DNA of 64,000 bases from Thermoplasmata archaeon. GTDB lineage: Archaea; Thermoplasmatota; Thermoplasmata; RBG-16-68-12; JAGMCJ01. The stretch lies in assembly GCA_046761045.1 (NCBI GenBank), contig JBHIFJ010000001.1, positions 11,795 through 75,794 of the forward strand, in the 5' to 3' direction. Below are positions 58,240-64,000 of this stretch, in pieces. The translations under genes and the position numbers were made by a program. How positions within the stretch are numbered: position 1 is the first letter of the stretch; every line of letters begins with the position of its first letter. Under the pieces are notes generated by a model. The model was not told the DNA's origin, did not search any database, and was given only the letters and a program-made list of their open reading frames with translations.

Positions 58240-59310
58240 TTGAGGTCGACTGGCACCGGGAAGCTTGAGGGCACAAGGCGAAGTGCTGACGAGGGTTTCG
58301 CCAGGGCATCCGTGCAGGAACTCAGGTCTGTCATCGAGGAAGCCAACAGTCTCGGAATAGAGGCTCCCGAGCTGGAAGAGATGCTACAAGAAAGCATCGA
58401 AGCCCTGGAGGGGCTCTCAAACGAAGACCTCGTTCCATCCTATTCGGCTGCCGCCCAGATTGCAGCGGAGGGAATCAAAGAGGGGCGGCGCTTAGTATCC
58501 TCCTATCTTGAGGCCTCGAACGCCATTGAAAGAACAGAGGACCTCATACGGACCGAATACGAGAATCAGGGGGACATTCATGGCAATGTCTTCCAGCATC
58601 TCATACTGTCGCCGAGCCTTGAGCTTCTAGATGAGTCGAAGTCGTGCCTCACCGACGGGGAGATCCAACGGGTTCAAGAGATTCTCAATCAGATAAGGAA
58701 TCTCCCCAGGAGGGTCAGGAAGGAATGCCAGGAGAACGCTGAGGTGTACCGCTACTGCGAGACTATTCTGGACGAACTGAAGAGCGAGGGGGTCGTGGCC
58801 CAGGAGATCGAGGATATACTTAGGATAGCGAGGACCGCCTTCCTGAATGGTAGATTCGAGCGCGTCAAGGAACTCTCCGAGGTGATTGAGAAAAAGGCCA
58901 TAGAGCTGAGGGAGAGGCACAGGTCAGCAATCCGTGAATTGAAACGAGCGAAAAGCGCTTCCATCTCACTGAAGAAGATCAATGTCCGTTCTGAGGAGGC
59001 GGAGGAGACGTTGGTCGAAGCGTGTGTCTCCATGAAGGACGGTGACTACGAGAAATGCATCCAGCTCGCAAGGGAGGCAATCTCATTGGCCAGCGGAATC
59101 CGTAAGAGGTACAGGACGCTTGTGGAAAGATTGGATGCATTGAAGCGCGAGATGAAACTGATTCAGAGGTCCGGGAAGGATATTCCGAGGGACATCGAGG
59201 GCATGGTCAAGAGGGCCGAGAGTCAGCTCAAGAAAGGGAACCATGAGGGCTCTGAGGCGGAGATTGAGATAGCCTCGTTGCTGCTGAACAGATTTGAGCC
59301 CTCGTTCTAG
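58240..59310 (+). CDS. All-helical repeat protein of unknown function
   Basis: Recurring helix-G(I/V)-helix-(D/N)G-helix units; TTG start with a GAGGAGG RBS. Confidence 0.75.
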   Translation: MRSTGTGKLEGTRRSADEGFARASVQELRSVIEEANSLGIEAPELEEMLQESIEALEGLSNEDLVPSYSAAAQIAAEGIKEGRRLVSSYLEASNAIERTEDLIRTEYENQGDIHGNVFQHLILSPSLELLDESKSCLTDGEIQRVQEILNQIRNLPRRVRKECQENAEVYRYCETILDELKSEGVVAQEIEDILRIARTAFLNGRFERVKELSEVIEKKAIELRERHRSAIRELKRAKSASISLKKINVRSEEAEETLVEACVSMKDGDYEKCIQLAREAISLASGIRKRYRTLVERLDALKREMKLIQRSGKDIPRDIEGMVKRAESQLKKGNHEGSEAEIEIASLLLNRFEPSF

Positions 59311-59360
59311 TCTGCCAAGCTTTTTTAGGAGCGTATCCTTTTCAGTCGAGGGGTGAGAGG

Positions 59361-60506
59361 ATGGATTTCGAGTTGACAGAGGAACAGATGATGCTTAGGA
59401 AGATGGTTCATGATCTTGCGGAGAGGGAGCTCAAGCCGGTCGCCGCAGAGATCGACAGGACAGGAGAGTTCCCGTGGGACAACATAAGGAAGATGGGAGA
59501 ACTCGGTCTGATGGGCATGACGATTGCACCGGAGTACGGCGGGGCTGGCATGGACACAATCAGCTACGCCATCGCAGTGGAGGAGGTCTCTCGTGTCTGT
59601 GGTTCCACAGGTCTCATAATGGCCTCTCACAACTCGCTTTGCTCGGAGCACATCAACATCGCGGGCAGTGAGGAGCAGAAAAGGAAATACCTGCCCGACC
59701 TGGCTGGAGGCAAGGTCATGGGCTCCTGGGGACTCACAGAGCCCGGGGCCGGGTCCGATGCTGGCGCAGTGGCAACTACCGCCGAATCGAAGGGTGGGGA
59801 GTGGATACTGAACGGGAGAAAGGTCTTCATAACGAACGGTCACGAGGCCAAGACATTCGTCATCATTGCATCCACGGACAAGTCCAAGGGAAGCAGGGGA
59901 ATGAGCGCCTTCGTGGTGGAGAGGGACGCACCCGGGTTCAGTCTCGGAAAGAAGGAGGAGAAGCTCGGACTCCATGCTTCGGTGGCATCAGAGATTATTC
60001 TCGAGAACTGCGCTATCCCCGAGGAGAACCTCCTGGGTGAGAAGGACCAGGCGTTTCGGGATGTGCTCAAGGTGTTGGACGGAGGAAGGATAAGCATCGG
60101 TGCGATGGCCTTGGGAATCGCGCAGGGATGCTACGAAGCCTCGCTTGAGTACTCCAAGACAAGGGAGCAGTTCGGGCAGACAATCAGCAGTTTCCAGGCA
60201 ATCCAATGGATGTTGGCGGATATGGCAATGGAGATTGATGCGGCCAGACTCCTTGTGTACCGAGCTGCATATCTCAAGGACCAGGGTAAGAGGTACAAGA
60301 AGGAGGCCTCCATGTGCAAGCTCTTCGCATCCGAAGTGGGCATGCGGACGGCCACCAAGGCCATCCAGATTCATGGCGGGTACGGATACACGAAGGACTA
60401 TCCAGTCGAGCGGATGTTCAGGGACGTCAAGCTCACTGAGATAGGTGAGGGAACGAGTGAGATCCAGCGAATGGTGATCGCTCGAGAGATCCTGAAAGGA
60501 AGGTAG
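59361..60506 (+). CDS. Acyl-CoA dehydrogenase (short/branched-chain type)
   Basis: [33 protein letters not shown] and [10 protein letters not shown] motifs. Confidence 0.96.
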   Translation: MDFELTEEQMMLRKMVHDLAERELKPVAAEIDRTGEFPWDNIRKMGELGLMGMTIAPEYGGAGMDTISYAIAVEEVSRVCGSTGLIMASHNSLCSEHINIAGSEEQKRKYLPDLAGGKVMGSWGLTEPGAGSDAGAVATTAESKGGEWILNGRKVFITNGHEAKTFVIIASTDKSKGSRGMSAFVVERDAPGFSLGKKEEKLGLHASVASEIILENCAIPEENLLGEKDQAFRDVLKVLDGGRISIGAMALGIAQGCYEASLEYSKTREQFGQTISSFQAIQWMLADMAMEIDAARLLVYRAAYLKDQGKRYKKEASMCKLFASEVGMRTATKAIQIHGGYGYTKDYPVERMFRDVKLTEIGEGTSEIQRMVIAREILKGR

Positions 60507-60612
60507 ACGCCGGAGAAGGGAAGCAGGCCTTCGAGAAAACCAGATAGGAGGCTAAGCCCCTCGCAGAGCTATCCGAAGAATCAGGAGCAGGGAATCCCGG
60601 CCGCTCAAGCCA

Positions 60613-63600
60613 TCATAGGCGGGTGAAGTCCCTTCCTTCGTCCTTGGCAGGCCTGTCTCGCTTCGCTGGTTGTTCTGTCGTCGCGGGTTTCGGCCTGAGC
60701 ACAACATCCTTCTTGAGTGGTCTCTGACAATAGGGGCAGAAGTCCTCATCCTTTGTGCATGCGTTGCAGAGGAACTCACCGCAGTCGTGCTTCATCACGG
60801 CCATGCCGTCGTGCATCCTGCACCGTTTCCCCTCAAGAGGAGACCTCTTGCCGCGAGGTTTCACCTCTTTGGCGGGCTTCTTGGCCACCTCTCCATGGTA
60901 GTCCTCTCCCATCAGAGATCTGACCCGAACAACCTCGGGCGGCAGCTCCTCCGGCGCGAACTTCTTCAAGGACGCCTCAAGTCGCTTTGCTTTATAGATT
61001 CCTATGTTGAAGTTCTTGACGAGATTGAGAAGCGTCCGCTTCTCCGGCGGGAGCGTCAGCGCCTGTCTCAGCAGGGAATCCATTTCAGCATCGTATCCTG
61101 CTTCCACCCTCATGCCGTCGACCTTCTCGATGTAACTGAGGATTCTTCTTGCCCTCTCTATGTCGTACTGCGGGAAGTTGGCCGTTATGTCGCAGAGTCT
61201 CAAGCCGTAGGTGCCCCCAGTCTCGATGCACCGCCTCAGGACGGGGATGGAGGCCCGCTCAAGATCCTCCAGATCCGCTGAGGGCAATCTCTCTACGTCG
61301 ATGGGTTCCCTCTCACGAAGGTAGCCTATGACCTCATCCAGATAGTCGAAGGGGATGTTCAGGTCGCGGAATGCTTCCTCCTTCGTAATTGCCCTACCGT
61401 TCCGGTACTCGAACTCCAGGACCTTCCTGCCGTAGTCCCCCAGCTTCTTCTTCCGCTTCTTTTCCTCGCAGATTCTCTTCCCCTCTATGGAGGATTCATA
61501 GTTCGGGTCGATGGCCAGGGCGCTCTCGAAGGCCCTCTGAGCGCTCTCGTACCTCCCCTGATGCATGAGTGCCAGGCCTTTGCTGTTCCAGGGGACTTTG
61601 TCTTTCGGGTCGAGACCTATTGCGCGGTCATAGGCAGCGATGGCCTCCTCCCAGTTGTTCATCTTCTCGAGAGTGAGACCCATGAGCTGCCAGATCCCCT
61701 TGTCGTCCTCCCTGATCTCCGAGGCCCGCTCATACGAGCTCAGCGCGTTCTCGTAGTCGCCCATTTTCGCCGACAGGAGACCTTTCTCCCGCCACGCGTC
61801 GAAATTGTGGTAGTTGAGGTCAATGACTCTGTCATAGCTGCTGTCAGCCTCCTCGTATCTCTTCATGTTCTCGAGTATTCTTCCCCTTTCGAGCCAAACC
61901 TCGGGAATGTCTTCCCTGATGCCAAGTGTGGAATTGAGAACGTCTAGGGCATCGGGATATCTGCTCCTCTCCGTGAGTATCTTGCCCTTCGTGAGGAGCC
62001 CCTCGATGTTCTTCGGGTCCTTTGAGAAGACGTCCTCGGTCACTGCCAACGCTTCTTCGAACCTCTCCATTTTGGCCAGAGTGAGGGCCTTGCGATTCAG
62101 GAGGTTCGTGTTCTCTCTGTCCATCGTCAGAGCATCTTCGTAGGCTTTCAGGGCCCGCTCATATTTGCCCAGCGTGAAGAAGATATCTCCCCTTTTCCCG
62201 AATGCATGGGAGTTCCCCGGGTCAATCTCCAGGACCTTGTCGTAGCTCTGAATCGCCCCTTCGTAGTTCTTCATCACAAGGAGCGCATCGCCCCTCATGT
62301 TCCACGTGCTCTTGTCCATCGAGTCCATGGAAACAGCTCTGTCGAAGCTTTTGAGAGCCTCCCCGTACTTGCCCATCTTGGCGAGAGCGTATCCCTTCTT
62401 CCTTATCGTGGCGAGATGTTCTGGCTGCATCTGGAGAATGTAGTCGCACAACTCAGTGACGCCCTCATAGTCTCCCATGAGTTCGAGGATGTCCCTCTTC
62501 GCCTCGAAGAGCCTGAGGTCCTTCGGGCTTATGGAGATCGCCGATTCAATTGCGCTGAGGGCGTCATCGTTCCACCCGAGATTCCTTGCGGCAAGCGACT
62601 TCTCATACCAGCCCTCCATGCTTCCATAGTCGATGGTCGTCATGAGGTCTGCCGCCTCGTAGGCTCCTTTCCAGTCACCCAGCCTCTTGAATGTGTCCTT
62701 CTTTGCCCTGGCTACACCAATGTCATTCGGGTCGATCGCGAGAGCGTGGTCGTAGGAACCAAGGGCCTCTTTGTCCCTTCCGAGCTTGACGAGGGCCTCG
62801 GCCCTTCTCACATGGGCAAGCTTGTTGGAGGGATCGAACTCCACCACTTTGTCGAAGGCCTCTCGGGCATCGTCAAACCGCTCGAGTGCCATCAGTGTCA
62901 AACCCCTGCTGTACCAGACGTTCTTGTCCTTTGGGCCGAGCTTGAGCGCCTTGTCGTACGCGACGAGGGCCTCCTCGTAGTTCTTTAGACCCTCGAGAGC
63001 CAGGCCCTTGCTGTACCAGGTGACCCTGTCTGTGGCATCCAGCTGAATCGCCCTTTCGAGACTCTCCAGCGATTGCTCGAAATGGCCTAGTCTTCCCAGC
63101 GATTGCCCTCGATGCTTCCAGGCCTTCGCATCCTTCGGATTGACCTTGATCGCCTCATCGTAGGCCGAGACGGCCTTCTCGTAGTCCCGCATCCTCTCGT
63201 ATATCGATGCCTTCTCCATCCATGCTGAGTAGTCCTTTGGCTTGAGCACCAGGGCCCTGTCAAGGGATGTCAGAGCATCCATGGGGCGTGAGAGGAGGCT
63301 CATTGCGGTCCCTCTGTCCCTCCAAGTCTCCGCGTCGTTGGAGTCGAGGGCCAAGATCGCGTCCGCGCAGGATACTATCTGCTCATTCGCTCGTAGCCCC
63401 TTCAGAACCATGAGCTTCTTTCTCAGCAGCTCGAGGTCCCTCGGCTTCATCTCCAGAGCGATATCGAAGGCATCCTTCGCCTCTCTCAGCTCGCCCAGCT
63501 CGAGCAGGGCGACGCCCTTGTCATGGAGGGCTTCGCTGTTTGAAGGGTCCGACCTCAGGATGTAGTCGCAGACGTTGACGACCTCCCTCCAGTCCTCCAA

Positions 63601-63999
63601 TTCGATGAGGGCTTCCTTCTTGCCCGTTAGAGCATCGATGCTCTCCGGGTTGATCTTCAGGATACCATTGTATGCCCTTATGGCGTTCTTGTACTTCTTT
63701 AGCTTCTTGTATGCATCTCCCATGTCCATGAAGCTCTCTGCGTCATTCGGGTCGAGCCTGGTAATAGACTTGCTCACCTTGACGATCTCCTCCCACTTCT
63801 CCATGGCAACGAACGAACTCTTCTTCCCCCTCAGAGCCTCCAGAGAGTTCGCGTTGACTGCGAGGGCATCATCGAAGGCCTTGACTGCAGCCTCGAAGCT
63901 ATCCGCTTCGAAGAGTATCCTTCCCCTCCAAAGGTGACTCTCCTCGTCCCCCGGCCTGTATATCAGGGCCTTCTCGAAGGACTCCAGTGCCTCCTTGCC
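60613..63999 (-). CDS. Giant TPR-repeat protein (5' end beyond the window) with C-terminal HTH-like modules and a B-box/RING-like zinc finger
   Basis: Frame is open from 63999 to the stop at 60613; more than 20 TPR units; tail CRMH-x7-HDC-x4-CNAC-x6-CPYC. Confidence 0.9.
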   Translation of the reverse strand, partial: GKEALESFEKALIYRPGDEESHLWRGRILFEADSFEAAVKAFDDALAVNANSLEALRGKKSSFVAMEKWEEIVKVSKSITRLDPNDAESFMDMGDAYKKLKKYKNAIRAYNGILKINPESIDALTGKKEALIELEDWREVVNVCDYILRSDPSNSEALHDKGVALLELGELREAKDAFDIALEMKPRDLELLRKKLMVLKGLRANEQIVSCADAILALDSNDAETWRDRGTAMSLLSRPMDALTSLDRALVLKPKDYSAWMEKASIYERMRDYEKAVSAYDEAIKVNPKDAKAWKHRGQSLGRLGHFEQSLESLERAIQLDATDRVTWYSKGLALEGLKNYEEALVAYDKALKLGPKDKNVWYSRGLTLMALERFDDAREAFDKVVEFDPSNKLAHVRRAEALVKLGRDKEALGSYDHALAIDPNDIGVARAKKDTFKRLGDWKGAYEAADLMTTIDYGSMEGWYEKSLAARNLGWNDDALSAIESAISISPKDLRLFEAKRDILELMGDYEGVTELCDYILQMQPEHLATIRKKGYALAKMGKYGEALKSFDRAVSMDSMDKSTWNMRGDALLVMKNYEGAIQSYDKVLEIDPGNSHAFGKRGDIFFTLGKYERALKAYEDALTMDRENTNLLNRKALTLAKMERFEEALAVTEDVFSKDPKNIEGLLTKGKILTERSRYPDALDVLNSTLGIREDIPEVWLERGRILENMKRYEEADSSYDRVIDLNYHNFDAWREKGLLSAKMGDYENALSSYERASEIREDDKGIWQLMGLTLEKMNNWEEAIAAYDRAIGLDPKDKVPWNSKGLALMHQGRYESAQRAFESALAIDPNYESSIEGKRICEEKKRKKKLGDYGRKVLEFEYRNGRAITKEEAFRDLNIPFDYLDEVIGYLREREPIDVERLPSADLEDLERASIPVLRRCIETGGTYGLRLCDITANFPQYDIERARRILSYIEKVDGMRVEAGYDAEMDSLLRQALTLPPEKRTLLNLVKNFNIGIYKAKRLEASLKKFAPEELPPEVVRVRSLMGEDYHGEVAKKPAKEVKPRGKRSPLEGKRCRMHDGMAVMKHDCGEFLCNACTKDEDFCPYCQRPLKKDVVLRPKPATTEQPAKRDRPAKDEGRDFTRL

Positions 64000-64000
64000 T

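Overview
A gene-dense archaeal chromosomal segment, most consistent with an anaerobic Thermoplasmatota (Thermoplasmata-like) organism. The taxonomy is inferred from TFB, TATA-box promoters, CCA-less tRNA genes, split transketolase/transaldolase/Rpe, HdrA/MvhD, and GWNLVS-tailed secreted proteins. In order, the window holds: a nitroreductase followed by two coiled-coil genes (a zinc-ribbon coiled-coil protein and a 1195-aa headless coiled coil); a BtuFCD-like ABC importer with a wHTH regulator; glmU-glmS; hisS and tRNA-Asp; a MoxR/DUF58 operon; non-oxidative pentose phosphate genes; a ~9.7-kb korDABC-hdrA(tandem)-mvhD-hdrD-like-hdrA/mvhD operon with no hydrogenase; a surface-protein cluster (thioredoxin/Omp28-like protein, Ca-binding repeat protein, membrane-anchored multiheme cytochrome c); a USP-transporter-cysH-like set; a patch of small accessory genes; nfo, tfb, an FKBP PPIase and tRNA-Arg; a B12 acyl-CoA mutase/MeaB cluster; an acyl-CoA dehydrogenase; and a giant TPR protein running off the window end. 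No CRISPR array, rRNA, transposase or integrase was seen. The best leads are: the multiheme cytochrome with non-canonical CxxCM and CxxxCH motifs; the headless coiled-coil pair; the 2-oxoacid oxidoreductase-coupled, hydrogenase-free Hdr complex with three HdrA modules; an isobutyryl-CoA-mutase residue signature in an archaeon; an APS-reductase homolog lacking its catalytic Cys; and a TPR-HTH-B-box/RING-like protein. All family calls come from reading motifs by eye; no database searches were run.
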